A stretch of DNA of 64,000 bases, taken from IMG/VR virus record IMGVR_UViG_3300030685_000002. One strand, 5' to 3'. The notes below the pieces were generated by a model. The model was given only the letters and a program-made list of their open reading frames with translations. It did no database searches and had not been told where the DNA came from. The position numbers and the translations under genes were made by a program. This document shows, in pieces, positions 25,912 to 36,644 of this stretch (position 1 is the first letter of the stretch; each line of letters begins with the position of its first letter). This stretch comes from an uncultured virus (IMG/VR IMGVR_UViG_3300030685_000002). Its lineage: Duplodnaviria > Heunggongvirae > Uroviricota > Caudoviricetes.

Positions 25912-27948
25912 ATGGCTGATATTAAACTTACATATTTAGATGATGTATTATCAATGGATAGAACACTTGTTCCGGACATTGATAATATGTGTCTAACAAG
26001 AGATTTTAAAGATACTAAGCGTTTCAGTCCAGTTATCTATAATAAAGATGAAATGCAACCTGATAAAGATAGTCCAAACTATCAAGCATGGTGGCATGAG
26101 CAATATCGTCGTTGTATAAAAGGATATATTGTTCCTAATGCAACAAAACGTGGTCATGATATTTGGATTCCCGGTAGAATGTATTTCTATTTGAATTTTT
26201 GGGTTATTCTTGCAAAATTGGATAATGTAAAAAGAAAGGATAAACGTCATCCTAAATTTACTTCTTTAGATTATTTCAAATTCATGTGTATAGAACTTAT
26301 GTTTTTAAATGCAAAAGATTTGTTATTTCCTAAGTCAAGACAGAAAGGATTCTCTGAATATGCAGCAAGTAATATCGGTTATAATTTTATTTTTATCCCT
26401 GGTTCTCAAAACGTAATTGTTGCCGGCCAAGGAAACTATGCTGAGCATACAATGACTAATGTTGTTCGCGGACTTGATTGGCTTGGAGATAGTGAGTTTT
26501 ATAAACGTAGATCACCAAACAGAAGTGACTATATTAAGTCTTCTTATCGTGAAGAGGTAGTCAATGAAGAAACCGGAGAGAAAAGAACTCTTATGCTTGG
26601 TTTTGGTAGTGAAGTTTATTGTATTACTGCAAAAGATAATACACAAGCTGTATCAGGTCTTACTCCTTTTTGGATTCTTTATGAAGAAATTGGTAAATGG
26701 AAAAAAGATACTCTTAAGCAAACAGCAGAGTTCGTTAAACCATCTTTACTTGCTGAAGGTGATAAGACCGGTTATCAAATGTATATTGGAACTGGTGGTG
26801 ATATGGATGAGTCTGTTGCTGATGTCGAAGAAATGGCATATAATCCGGCTAAATTTGATTTGCTCGAGTTTGACAATATATGGGAAGAAGATGAAATCTC
26901 TTCAACTGGTAAAGTCGCGGCTTTTGTTCCAGCTTATGAATTTGAAATAATTGATGAAGATGGTAATAGTTTAATAGAAGAAAGTATTGTTTCTATTCAA
27001 AAAGAATTATCAAGTAAAAACTCTTCTGAACGATACATTGCTCTTACAGCTAAACCACTTTATTTATCTCAGATGTTCATGGTAGCCACTGGTGGTTTCC
27101 TTGGAGAAACAGCTAATCAAAAATTGAATGATAGAAAACGTTATTTACTTACACACCGAGAACAACAGATTGCTTACAATGCAGAGATTAATTGGATTGA
27201 TCCATTTGATTGGGGTAAAGGAGTTGAACTTGTTCCAGATGAATTAGGTCGTTTTCTTATCATACAGGCACCGGAAGTTGATGGGTATGGGAAAGTATGG
27301 AAAAATCTTTATAGTGCCGCTACGGACAGTTATGATAAGGTAGAGAGTGAAACATCATTCTCATTAGGTAGTTGTTCAATTTGGAAAGGTGCTATTGATT
27401 CACATCATACTTTTGACCATTGGGTTGCTAGAGTAACGGAACGACCAACAGAAGATGAAGGTGGAAATTATCAGTTCTATGAGGATACAGTAAAACTCTG
27501 TTATCTATATGGCGAAAGTGAAAATCTTATTGAGTATTCAAATGTATTGATATTTGATTATTATAAACGGGCCGGTTGTGAGTTTTTATTGCAAGAACGT
27601 CCACAAATGGTAATTAGTCAATATGTACAAGATGGTAAGGCCGCACAACGTTATGGAGTAGAACAATCATTTATCCCTCATGCTTTAAATATATGGAGAG
27701 ATAAGATGAAACAAGATGATTTTGCTATTATCGATAAGATGTATGATATACGACAAATCGAAGCTTTTGCAAAATTTAAAAAATCACCAAAATACAATTG
27801 TGATATTACTATAGCAAGTGCTTTAAATATTGCAAGTGCATTAGAGACACAAGAGTTCGCTGCTTATTCAGAAGGAGAAGAACTAGAAGAAGATACATAT
27901 GGTGGTTATGTATCAGAGAATAATCAAGGAATTAAATTTGCTTCTTAA
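25912..27948 (+). CDS. terL: Terminase large subunit
   Basis: KSRQKGFS (Walker A), ILYEEIG (Walker B), IGTGGD, RNaseH ATDSYD, IEYS, NCD; crAss-type G..YFYLNF. Confidence 0.93.
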   Translation: MADIKLTYLDDVLSMDRTLVPDIDNMCLTRDFKDTKRFSPVIYNKDEMQPDKDSPNYQAWWHEQYRRCIKGYIVPNATKRGHDIWIPGRMYFYLNFWVILAKLDNVKRKDKRHPKFTSLDYFKFMCIELMFLNAKDLLFPKSRQKGFSEYAASNIGYNFIFIPGSQNVIVAGQGNYAEHTMTNVVRGLDWLGDSEFYKRRSPNRSDYIKSSYREEVVNEETGEKRTLMLGFGSEVYCITAKDNTQAVSGLTPFWILYEEIGKWKKDTLKQTAEFVKPSLLAEGDKTGYQMYIGTGGDMDESVADVEEMAYNPAKFDLLEFDNIWEEDEISSTGKVAAFVPAYEFEIIDEDGNSLIEESIVSIQKELSSKNSSERYIALTAKPLYLSQMFMVATGGFLGETANQKLNDRKRYLLTHREQQIAYNAEINWIDPFDWGKGVELVPDELGRFLIIQAPEVDGYGKVWKNLYSAATDSYDKVESETSFSLGSCSIWKGAIDSHHTFDHWVARVTERPTEDEGGNYQFYEDTVKLCYLYGESENLIEYSNVLIFDYYKRAGCEFLLQERPQMVISQYVQDGKAAQRYGVEQSFIPHALNIWRDKMKQDDFAIIDKMYDIRQIEAFAKFKKSPKYNCDITIASALNIASALETQEFAAYSEGEELEEDTYGGYVSENNQGIKFAS

Positions 27949-27958
27949 AATAAATACT

Positions 27959-30481
27959 ATGTTTCCAGAAAAATTAATTAATAGTGAAAATAAAGATGAT
28001 AACTATTTCAAAGAAGTAGCAAGGTATATTTTATCATCTGGTTCTTCTGATTTCCATGATGATAATATAAAAGACAGAAAATGTTGGAATATTTATCATG
28101 GTATTATTGATAATACAAAATTTGAATACTTGACAAAAGTTGAAGGTTTTACTTATCCGGCTAAGTTCAGAAATATAGGTAATGAGATTGTAAGAAGTAA
28201 GTTGAATATACTTGAATCTAAACAAGCACGTAGGTCGTTTAAAAGCAAAGCAATTGCTATGGATGAACGTACTCTTCAATTGAAGTATGAAAATCGCATT
28301 AAGGCTAGTCTAAATGCGAAATTGGAGATGTATAAAGAACGTGATGCAATTGTTCAACAACAGATTCAACAAGTACAAGATAAAATGAGTGATATGCAGA
28401 AACAGTTAGAAGTCCAACCGGATAATGAACAAGCACAAACTCAGATGGAAGAACTGAAAAAGAATATGCCAATGATTCAATTAGAGATGCAGAAACTTAT
28501 TCGAAATCTTTCACGTGTTTCATTAGACAATAATGAAATGCAAAAACGTATTGATTATTTCTTATTGAATACTGATGTTGAAATAATGCAACAGGTTGCC
28601 AATGCCGCATTAAAATCTGCTATTCAAACAGAGGATTTAAAACAGCATTGGAATGTAGGGCTTCGTGAAAAAATTGTAACTGGTAAACCAACATATATTA
28701 CTTATTATAATCCAAGAACAAAAGATATTGTTTTTAAACAAGTAGATGCAAATACTGCATGTTATTCTAAAGGTGGAAGTAATCGTTGGACTCAGAATAG
28801 TGAATGGTGTTTTACCAAAGAGTATATGAATAAAAGTCAGATATTTTCTGAATTTGAATTATCTAAATCAGAAGAACAAATTATCTCTGCTTATTCAATA
28901 GGTGATAGTGCTACAATAAAAAATTATGTTGGTAATACTGCATACTTTGATAACAGTGAAAACTTCAATGACCAACACAATGCTATTGAAGTATCACGTA
29001 TATGGTTTTTGGCACCACGTGAAATATTTTGGAAAAAGACACCAAACAAATATCGTGAAGATGAATATTTTGTACATCTTACAACAAAAGATGCTAAACT
29101 AAAAAAAGATGAAATACGTAATCGTGTTGTCATTTATGATATTTATCATATGGTTGTTATTGGAAATGTTATTCATATCAACATGGGTAAACAGGACAAT
29201 GTTTTTAGACCAATTGATATGCCCGGACTACCTACACTCCCACTTGTTGCAAGATCGTTCAATACAGCGTCTGAAAAACCATATTCTCTTATATGGAGAG
29301 TTCGCGAATTAATAGAACTTTATGATATTGTAAATTATAAGAAAGAACTTACTATTGCTTTATCCGGAGTAAAAGGTATGATAATGGATAAGAGTCAGAA
29401 ACCGGATAATATGACTGCCGGTAAATGGATGTACTATCGTAAACTTGGAACTATGTGGATTGAGACAATGAAGAAAGGTCGTAAAACACCGGCTTCATAT
29501 AATCAATTTCAAAACTATGATGATACGATTACTCAGAGTATTGCTTTTATTGATAATGTCCTTAATGGCATTGATTCATTAATAGGTAAACTTATTGGTA
29601 TTACTGATGCTTCACTTGGTCAATTTGTTTCTTCTGATCCAGTAAGTAATGTAAACATGTCGCGAGAACAATCTTCTCTTATTACTGAAATACAGTTCTC
29701 AGAAAATGATACAGTTTTTGATAAAGCAATTGAATTATTTCTAAACTTGAAAATACGTTATACATGGAAAGATGGTAAAGTATTAAACTTTCTTGATAAG
29801 GACCTGGAAGAAGTTCTTATTCAAATACCAAAAGGTTCATTGAATGGTTCAGATTTTAGAATCTATTCTTCCAATAATGTAAAAGAGGAATCACGTCTTG
29901 AAGATTTACGTACTGCAGCAATGCAATCATGGGGTCGCGCTGAACTTCCTTTTACTTCTGTAGTGAGTATGTTTAAGATTGATGATTTGACTGAAATGGA
30001 AAACAAACTTATTCAGATGTCAAAAGAGGCCGAAGCAATCAGACAACAAAATAATGTTGCTACCGAAACTGCCAAAGAAGAAGCTAAACAAAAAACAATG
30101 AATTTACAAGCTCAGATTGATATGCAACTTTTGAAAACAAAAGATGAATTTGATTTAGCTTCAAGAGAAATTGATAAAGCACGTTTACAACTTGATGAAA
30201 AACGTTATGAATGGGAATCAGAGTTTAAAGAACGAGAACTTGTTGTTAAAGAGAAAACTGAAAACTTTAAAATAATGGCAAATAATGAAATTGAATCTGC
30301 CTATTTACAAGAAGAAGGACGTGCTAATAGAGTACAAGAAATGATGAAACAGTTTGAAATTAAGATGAATGCGATACTTTCAGAAGCACAATTAAAGACT
30401 GGTGAATTACAATCAATTCGAAAGACTACTGTTGACCATGAAAAAAACATGAGGAATAAAGTAAATTTAAAAGACTCATAG
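27959..30481 (+). CDS. Portal protein
   Basis: Follows terL; YPAKFRNI; about 840 aa with a long C-terminal coiled-coil barrel as in crAss-like portals. Confidence 0.85.
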   Translation: MFPEKLINSENKDDNYFKEVARYILSSGSSDFHDDNIKDRKCWNIYHGIIDNTKFEYLTKVEGFTYPAKFRNIGNEIVRSKLNILESKQARRSFKSKAIAMDERTLQLKYENRIKASLNAKLEMYKERDAIVQQQIQQVQDKMSDMQKQLEVQPDNEQAQTQMEELKKNMPMIQLEMQKLIRNLSRVSLDNNEMQKRIDYFLLNTDVEIMQQVANAALKSAIQTEDLKQHWNVGLREKIVTGKPTYITYYNPRTKDIVFKQVDANTACYSKGGSNRWTQNSEWCFTKEYMNKSQIFSEFELSKSEEQIISAYSIGDSATIKNYVGNTAYFDNSENFNDQHNAIEVSRIWFLAPREIFWKKTPNKYREDEYFVHLTTKDAKLKKDEIRNRVVIYDIYHMVVIGNVIHINMGKQDNVFRPIDMPGLPTLPLVARSFNTASEKPYSLIWRVRELIELYDIVNYKKELTIALSGVKGMIMDKSQKPDNMTAGKWMYYRKLGTMWIETMKKGRKTPASYNQFQNYDDTITQSIAFIDNVLNGIDSLIGKLIGITDASLGQFVSSDPVSNVNMSREQSSLITEIQFSENDTVFDKAIELFLNLKIRYTWKDGKVLNFLDKDLEEVLIQIPKGSLNGSDFRIYSSNNVKEESRLEDLRTAAMQSWGRAELPFTSVVSMFKIDDLTEMENKLIQMSKEAEAIRQQNNVATETAKEEAKQKTMNLQAQIDMQLLKTKDEFDLASREIDKARLQLDEKRYEWESEFKERELVVKEKTENFKIMANNEIESAYLQEEGRANRVQEMMKQFEIKMNAILSEAQLKTGELQSIRKTTVDHEKNMRNKVNLKDS

Positions 30482-30496
30482 TAATTAAATTATTCA

Positions 30497-30504
30497 TATA
30501 TTTG
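30497..30504 (+). promoter_or_regulatory. -7 promoter element (TATATTTG)
   Basis: Upstream of the capsid operon. Confidence 0.6.
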
Positions 30505-30533
30505 CATCATATTATTAATCAAATCAAACACTT

Positions 30534-30953
30534 ATGTTTAAAGACAGATTAGAAAAAGCGATTGAGGAAATTCAATCTAAGAACAATGGGATTAAAAGTT
30601 ATCTAAGTCTTATTGAAGTATGTGATCCGGGTCAAACTGGTTTCAAGTGTAGAACAATAAATAATAGTGGTGATATTCTTCTTTGCCCTATTACAGTTCC
30701 ATTTGCCGAAAAGATCATCATTGTAAATAATGAGAAACCAACTTTAGAAAGATTTAAAGGTGTTCATCCACATTTAGCTGTTGTAATGGAAAGTGGAAGT
30801 AGTCAATTTAAAGCTAGTGATATTGTTTATTATAATCCATCAATGGCTAATGCTGCAAACCAAATCATTGTAAAAGGAGCTCTTGCTTTAGTAGTAAGTG
30901 ATTCATATCTTTTAGGTGTTGATACTAACTTTAATAATTTAATCAATGTATAA
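30534..30953 (+). CDS. GroES-like protein (tentative)
   Basis: AVVMESGSSQFKASDIVYY beta pattern. Confidence 0.4.
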   Translation: MFKDRLEKAIEEIQSKNNGIKSYLSLIEVCDPGQTGFKCRTINNSGDILLCPITVPFAEKIIIVNNEKPTLERFKGVHPHLAVVMESGSSQFKASDIVYYNPSMANAANQIIVKGALALVVSDSYLLGVDTNFNNLINV

Positions 30954-31992
30954 GCCATTATTTTTTAAAATGCAAGAAGCTACCGAAGGTCAAGATACCT
31001 CTGGTGGCTTTTCTGCTGAAGAACTTCAAAGGTTAGAAGCACCTGCTGGTACATATGATGAACCTATGAAAGTGGAAAAGACTGCCGAGGAAACAACAGA
31101 AGATACCGTAGAGACAGTTTACACTCCTTCTCCTTTGTGGGATTCATTTAAAGATTTAGAAGGCTTTAAAATGCCTGAAAAGATTACTGCCGAAACAGAG
31201 AATGATTTACTTCGTCCATTTATTGCACAGAAATTTGGTTTAGAGAAACCGGTTCTTCATCCATTAGCACAACAGATACAAGATATGACTGCTACTAATC
31301 CTAATCTTACGATTAATGATTTAGTAACAAATGTATCAGAACAGTATGTTGATGCAAGTAAATTTACTGTTGATGAAAAAATTGCATTTGATTTAAAAAC
31401 TCGTTATGGTGTTTATGATTCAGAAAAAAATCCAAGTGGTTTGACTGATGATGATATTGTACAAGAGATTGGTCGAATGACTAAAATACAAAAGCAAGAT
31501 GCTGCTTTAGTAATTGATGAAAATATCAAGAACTACAATGATAATCTTGTAAAAGAATATAAGAAAAGTCAATCTGCTACTTATGAAACTCAGTACAATC
31601 AAATGTTGGCTGAAACAAAAGGCGAATTGAATACCCTTAAAGAAAGTCTTTCAAAAGTTGATTCTATTTATGGTATTCCTGTCAATCAAGAAACCCATAA
31701 TCAGTTTTTAGCAGAATTTGAGAGAGTTGTTGTTCCAAATAAAGAAACCGGTGAACGTTTAATAGATGAAATATTGTCAGACAATATGACATTATACAAA
31801 ATGTTTGTAATGGTTGCTAAGTTTGGAGAAGAAAAAGTAATAGAAACAATTACTAAGGGGCGTGAAGGTGGAAAAGAAGCATTACTTAAGTCATTAAGTA
31901 TTACTCCTAATTTTGCTGGTGTTAGCGCTCGAAAGACTGGTCAATCATTAGACTTTGAGTCAGAAGTCAAATTGCTTGAACAACCAGAATAA
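30946..31992 (+). CDS. Acidic scaffold-like protein
   Basis: Acidic, helical, directly upstream of the capsid gene. Confidence 0.6.
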   Translation: MYKPLFFKMQEATEGQDTSGGFSAEELQRLEAPAGTYDEPMKVEKTAEETTEDTVETVYTPSPLWDSFKDLEGFKMPEKITAETENDLLRPFIAQKFGLEKPVLHPLAQQIQDMTATNPNLTINDLVTNVSEQYVDASKFTVDEKIAFDLKTRYGVYDSEKNPSGLTDDDIVQEIGRMTKIQKQDAALVIDENIKNYNDNLVKEYKKSQSATYETQYNQMLAETKGELNTLKESLSKVDSIYGIPVNQETHNQFLAEFERVVVPNKETGERLIDEILSDNMTLYKMFVMVAKFGEEKVIETITKGREGGKEALLKSLSITPNFAGVSARKTGQSLDFESEVKLLEQPE

Positions 31993-32019
31993 TAATCAAC
32001 TCTATTAATCAAATTCATC

Positions 32020-33456
32020 ATGAGAATTTTACCTGGCGCACCACAAGAGTTCGCTAATCAAACTCCGACATCAAAACACATGTCACAATACTTGATTGCA
32101 AGTCCACATATGCTTGCTCAAGTAACTACTTTATTTTCTAAAAGTTCTACTGCCTTTAGTTCGTTACTTGCCGGACGTAATATGTTTTCGGGTAAACTTG
32201 CTGATCCTTTGAATCCAAAATCAGGAAAATACAAAATCGTTGGTAACCGTAAAGTAATGTGGAACGTCAAAGGTTATCCAGACCGTAAAGCTCGCGTTAT
32301 TGCTGCATTCAAATGTGATGCATTCCCTAATGAACCGGGTCGTAATCAAACATGGATTGACTTGTATCTTGATACTAACTGGTTCTCTCCAAAAGATGTT
32401 CTTGAACTTGCCGATAATCAAACTTACGTACACGTTTCCGACTCTACACTTCCACAAGAAATTGATGCCGGAATTTTCCATTATCGTGTAAAAATCATGA
32501 CTAATGTGTCAGGTGATTTTGTAAATCCAAATTTGCTTGCAATAGGCCAAGAAGTAAGTATTTCTCATACTTCATTTGAAGAAATGTCAGAAACAGCTTA
32601 CGAAAAATATACCTTTGATGAAAAGGCATATACTCACATGACTATTCAACGTTTGAAATGGTCTATCTCTGGTACTGCTGATGAATATCGTCCTAGTGCT
32701 ATTTGGATGGAACATAACGGTGTTTCTATGTGGGCTGACCATGCACAAATTCAAATGCTTGAACGTGCTGCTACATATCGTGAAAAACAATTGTTGAATG
32801 GAAAATCAACTGTTACTGCAGATGATAAAGTTCTATTAAAAACAAATGAAGGATTCGAAGTAATGGCCGGTGATGGTATTTTGAACCAAGGTGATGGTGC
32901 TTGGAGATTACCATACAATGTTATGTCGACTCGTGTCATTGATAATATCATGGAAAATATTTCTATCTATTCTTCTTCATGGGGTAAAGAGGTAGCTGTA
33001 ATCTGTGGTATGCAGTTTTACAAGGGTTTCGCTAAGCTAATGAGAGATCAGGCTGGTATCGACCCTAAAACAGTTGAGATGGGTGGTAATGGAAAGAAAG
33101 GTATCAATCTTGATTACGAGTATTACGAATTTGGTGGAGTAAAAATGATCCCTACTGTAGTGCCTTGGTTTGATAGTCCAATGCGTGCAACTACCTATGG
33201 TGCTGATGGAACCCGTAATAGTTCTCATAATGCTATCTTTGTATCATTGGGAGATGTTGAAATCAATCAACCAGCAATTGAGTTATTGCAACTTGGTAAA
33301 CGTGGTTGGTTAGAAGGTGAAGTAAACGGTATCAATAAAGGTGGCGACATGGCCAACTCAGTAGATGGTAAACACCACCACATCCTATGGGAAACCGGTG
33401 CAGCTTTACTTGATGTAAATGGTATTGCTGAACTTTATCGTCCAGTAAAATATTAA
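32020..33456 (+). CDS. Major capsid protein (crAss-like)
   Basis: 478 aa, position in gene order, FEEMSE, TIQRLKWSISG, AGDGIL.Q, Y..YEFGG. Confidence 0.85.
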   Translation: MRILPGAPQEFANQTPTSKHMSQYLIASPHMLAQVTTLFSKSSTAFSSLLAGRNMFSGKLADPLNPKSGKYKIVGNRKVMWNVKGYPDRKARVIAAFKCDAFPNEPGRNQTWIDLYLDTNWFSPKDVLELADNQTYVHVSDSTLPQEIDAGIFHYRVKIMTNVSGDFVNPNLLAIGQEVSISHTSFEEMSETAYEKYTFDEKAYTHMTIQRLKWSISGTADEYRPSAIWMEHNGVSMWADHAQIQMLERAATYREKQLLNGKSTVTADDKVLLKTNEGFEVMAGDGILNQGDGAWRLPYNVMSTRVIDNIMENISIYSSSWGKEVAVICGMQFYKGFAKLMRDQAGIDPKTVEMGGNGKKGINLDYEYYEFGGVKMIPTVVPWFDSPMRATTYGADGTRNSSHNAIFVSLGDVEINQPAIELLQLGKRGWLEGEVNGINKGGDMANSVDGKHHHILWETGAALLDVNGIAELYRPVKY

Positions 33457-33482
33457 TTCATTCTTTTTAAAAATTATAGATA

Positions 33483-34265
33483 ATGGCTAAGACAACCAAA
33501 GACGAAACAGGTGAAGAACGCGAAGAAATAAAAATCTACGCGATCAATAAGAAGTATAAGGAAAAACCATTTTTAATGACTCCTATTACTGATAATGTAT
33601 CAAAAAAGTTATTGACAGGGCAACAAGATTTGAGTCCAACTGAATTATTAAGACAAGAATTGATAATTAAAGAAGATGAGAATTATCCTATTGTTCATAA
33701 CCAAACACTTGTTTTAATAAAGACAAACGGAAAATATCTTCCAACAAGAGATTTAGCACTTTATAATCTTGCTCTTGAAATGCCGGAGATAGCACATAGC
33801 CGTAAAGAAGTAGTAGTAGGTAAACATTTATTCTATATTCAGAATTTCGAAGCAGAAGCAGAAAAAACTATTGTTGATTCAAGAACAAAAGCAAAAGCCG
33901 GTGCGAAAGTACTTGACTTGGCTCTTTCAGATATGAATAATTTATTATTCTATTTTGGAGAGAATGCTACTAATCTATCAACGAAAATTGCTGAGGCCAG
34001 AGTATTTGAATTAGTTGAATCACGTCCGGGAGAAGTTCTTTCATATCTTGAAAATCTTGATGCTAATCAACAAATTGTATTCATCAAAAAACTTCTTTCA
34101 AAGAAGATGATACAACGCGCGGTTGCTAATGGATATATCATGTATGACAAAGTAACTCTTGGTGCAGATGAAAAAGAAGCTGCTGCTTTTATTTTCGATA
34201 ACAAAAACAATAATCTGTATGTCCCATTGAAAGATATGTTGGACAAATCAGAAGGTAACAAATAG
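33483..34265 (+). CDS. Conserved crAss-like protein downstream of the capsid gene
   Basis: Synteny; YDKVTLGA..EAAAFI..KN. Confidence 0.6.
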   Translation: MAKTTKDETGEEREEIKIYAINKKYKEKPFLMTPITDNVSKKLLTGQQDLSPTELLRQELIIKEDENYPIVHNQTLVLIKTNGKYLPTRDLALYNLALEMPEIAHSRKEVVVGKHLFYIQNFEAEAEKTIVDSRTKAKAGAKVLDLALSDMNNLLFYFGENATNLSTKIAEARVFELVESRPGEVLSYLENLDANQQIVFIKKLLSKKMIQRAVANGYIMYDKVTLGADEKEAAAFIFDNKNNNLYVPLKDMLDKSEGNK

Positions 34266-34269
34266 TATT

Positions 34270-34953
34270 ATGCCGGTATTAATTGTAGATATGTATAAAG
34301 ATTTTCTGACTATTGTTAGGAAGTCACGTGTAGGCACTGTTCTACCACTTGAATTTTCAACTATTCTAAATTTAGCAACAGAAGAAGTTATTTCAAACAA
34401 GATTGATAACTTTGATACAAACAAGAAGTTTGCAATACAGCTTTTGCCTATTACTGTTGGTCCTTATTTAGTTGTTGGAGTATGGTTGGAAGAATGGGAT
34501 GTTTATAGGTATAAAACATTTACAATTGATTTACCAAAAGATTGTAGATTGATAACAAAGTTGGTAATAGAGGTTGTTCCAAATAATGAAGGTAAATGTA
34601 ATCCTCTTTCATTAAATGAGCAGACTACTATTTTAAATGGCATTTATAGTAAGCCAACACCAACTAATTGTTATTACAATTTACAAAACCTTGAAGTGAA
34701 TGGGGCTGTTGTAAAAAAAGTATTTATTTACGCGCCCTATTCAACAAGTGGTACTGGTTATCCAAAACTTAGGATGAATTACGTTATCAATCCTCCGGTT
34801 ATATCGGAAATGGATACTACTAATTCAAGTGAAAGTATATTTGACAAAGAGGTATGTTCTGAAATCGTTACAGTTGCTTCTCGCATGTATTTAGAGGGCA
34901 TACAAGATAGTCGATATCCTACTTTCAATAATGAATTAAAATTCAAACATTAA
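34270..34953 (+). CDS. Head-tail ring/adaptor protein
   Basis: P.EF..ILN.A ... Y...P ... EIV..A..YLE.I.D.R pattern. Confidence 0.6.
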   Translation: MPVLIVDMYKDFLTIVRKSRVGTVLPLEFSTILNLATEEVISNKIDNFDTNKKFAIQLLPITVGPYLVVGVWLEEWDVYRYKTFTIDLPKDCRLITKLVIEVVPNNEGKCNPLSLNEQTTILNGIYSKPTPTNCYYNLQNLEVNGAVVKKVFIYAPYSTSGTGYPKLRMNYVINPPVISEMDTTNSSESIFDKEVCSEIVTVASRMYLEGIQDSRYPTFNNELKFKH

Positions 34954-34965
34954 TAAATAAAAATC

Positions 34966-35913
34966 ATGAGTAATTTAATAAGAGGTGGACAAGACTACCT
35001 ATTTAATACCATTGGTCCGAAAGACTTTGGAATGTATTACGAAGGTAATGTGACTACTGGTATCAAACATCTTGTATGTAAAAAATATGGAATTGATATT
35101 CCGTTTAATGGTAAGACAAGTATTATAAAGAAAACATCTGCTGTTGGTACTGCTGCAGTGATAACTCTTACCCCTGCATTCGTTGCTAAGACTACCGGTG
35201 ATCAACGATTATTTGAAATTGAGGTTACACGTCAACCATTGTATGATGGTTCCGGAAATCATCAGTTCCCAGTAAGTCATACTTATAGTTATAAGTTGAC
35301 CAATACGGCTACTTTGACTGCGGATAAACAATCTGTTGTTGATGGTCTTGTTGATGCAATCAATGCAGATGTAATGAGAACTTCAAATGCTGTAAACAGT
35401 GGTGCTTGTGTAGTAGCTACTCGTACGGGTGCTGCTGGTACTTCTGCACTTGTTCTTACTGCAAAAGAAAAAGGACAACCGGTTACTGTTCGTATTTTCG
35501 ATGATAACTTCACACAAGTACTTACAACTGCTCCTAAGAAAGATACATTGACAAATGATCAATTGAGTCGTATCTTTATGATTAAGGAAGAAAATGCAGG
35601 ACAACGTGTTGTTATGCCTACTGAGGGAGTTGATTATTGTTGTTTTACTATTGTTGCAAAAACAGAAGGATATGAAAATGTTTCTGCTAGTGCATTTGCT
35701 GATAGAGAACAGGTTTATAATTTCTATATGCCATTGGCCTTAGTAGATGATAATTTGTTTGCTGCTATTGCTGTTGCTAATGCTGGTGTTGTACCATCTA
35801 TGGCAGATGTTGTTGCTGCTCCTGATACTGCTTTTAATGGATATGTTGCATTGAATGTAAATCCATTGGATAGTCTTACTGCAAGAGTTGTGGCATTGGA
35901 AACAGCGCCTTAA
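34966..35913 (+). CDS. Structural protein (auxiliary capsid-like)
   Basis: Ala/Thr/Val-rich, LVDAINAD; followed by a terminator. Confidence 0.6.
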   Translation: MSNLIRGGQDYLFNTIGPKDFGMYYEGNVTTGIKHLVCKKYGIDIPFNGKTSIIKKTSAVGTAAVITLTPAFVAKTTGDQRLFEIEVTRQPLYDGSGNHQFPVSHTYSYKLTNTATLTADKQSVVDGLVDAINADVMRTSNAVNSGACVVATRTGAAGTSALVLTAKEKGQPVTVRIFDDNFTQVLTTAPKKDTLTNDQLSRIFMIKEENAGQRVVMPTEGVDYCCFTIVAKTEGYENVSASAFADREQVYNFYMPLALVDDNLFAAIAVANAGVVPSMADVVAAPDTAFNGYVALNVNPLDSLTARVVALETAP

Positions 35914-35935
35914 TAAATAACTTTCAATTAAATCC

Positions 35936-35973
35936 AAGAAGGGTAGGTAGGATATGTCTACTTACCCTTTTTT
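35936..35973 (+). terminator. Intrinsic terminator
   Basis: AAGGGTAGGTAG-GATATGT-CTACTTACCCTTTTTTT. Confidence 0.85.
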
Positions 35974-35985
35974 AATACTAGAAAT

Positions 35986-36642
35986 ATGGTAACATTAGAA
36001 AAGATAGTTGAGAGTTTAAAACTTCAATTAAAACCACATCTTACCGATGATCAGATATTGCATGATGAATGGATTATTGATATGATAAACTTCTCCCGGG
36101 CTACGCTTATACGTGCGTTATATGTTTCCGGAGAACCATTGACGGCATTCTTTCAAATTACTTTTGGTATAACTACTGATTTTGATGCACATTATAAGAA
36201 ATTGACTTTACCTTGTAAATTGATGCAGGGTATTGGTAAACGTAATATAAGATACTTTGGCCCGGATGGTACTAATAAACCACAGTATCATTATTGTTCT
36301 TTTGAAGAATTGGCAAGTTATGAATATCATCGATTTGGTGGTAGTCAAATAGCATTTGCTGATGTAGGTGCTTATCTTCAATTAAATACTACTGCAGTAG
36401 GACCTGTAGAGATACATGCTATTTTTGAGCAACCAAATACACTTATAGGTTACTTCTATCAAACAACAGCATATCCTATTGGAGAGAATAATGAAAGGCA
36501 GTTAGAGATAATTACTTTTCAACATATTGCTGCAAAATTAGGTATGCCGGTAGACTTTGCAAATAATGGTGTTGATGAGACAAAGAATGTTCCAGTAAAG
36601 CAACCACAACAACAGCAACAACAAGATAATGGAGGACAATAA
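35986..36642 (+). CDS. Tail ring protein
   Basis: MVTLEKIV...R..LI ... AIFEQP ... YPI ... D..NNG.D. Confidence 0.6.
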   Translation: MVTLEKIVESLKLQLKPHLTDDQILHDEWIIDMINFSRATLIRALYVSGEPLTAFFQITFGITTDFDAHYKKLTLPCKLMQGIGKRNIRYFGPDGTNKPQYHYCSFEELASYEYHRFGGSQIAFADVGAYLQLNTTAVGPVEIHAIFEQPNTLIGYFYQTTAYPIGENNERQLEIITFQHIAAKLGMPVDFANNGVDETKNVPVKQPQQQQQQDNGGQ

Positions 36643-36644
36643 TT

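Noticed and set aside
25912..33456. Inteins or introns in terminase, portal or capsid genes
   Set aside because: Sizes are ordinary, frames are continuous, and no intein splice or homing-endonuclease motifs were seen.
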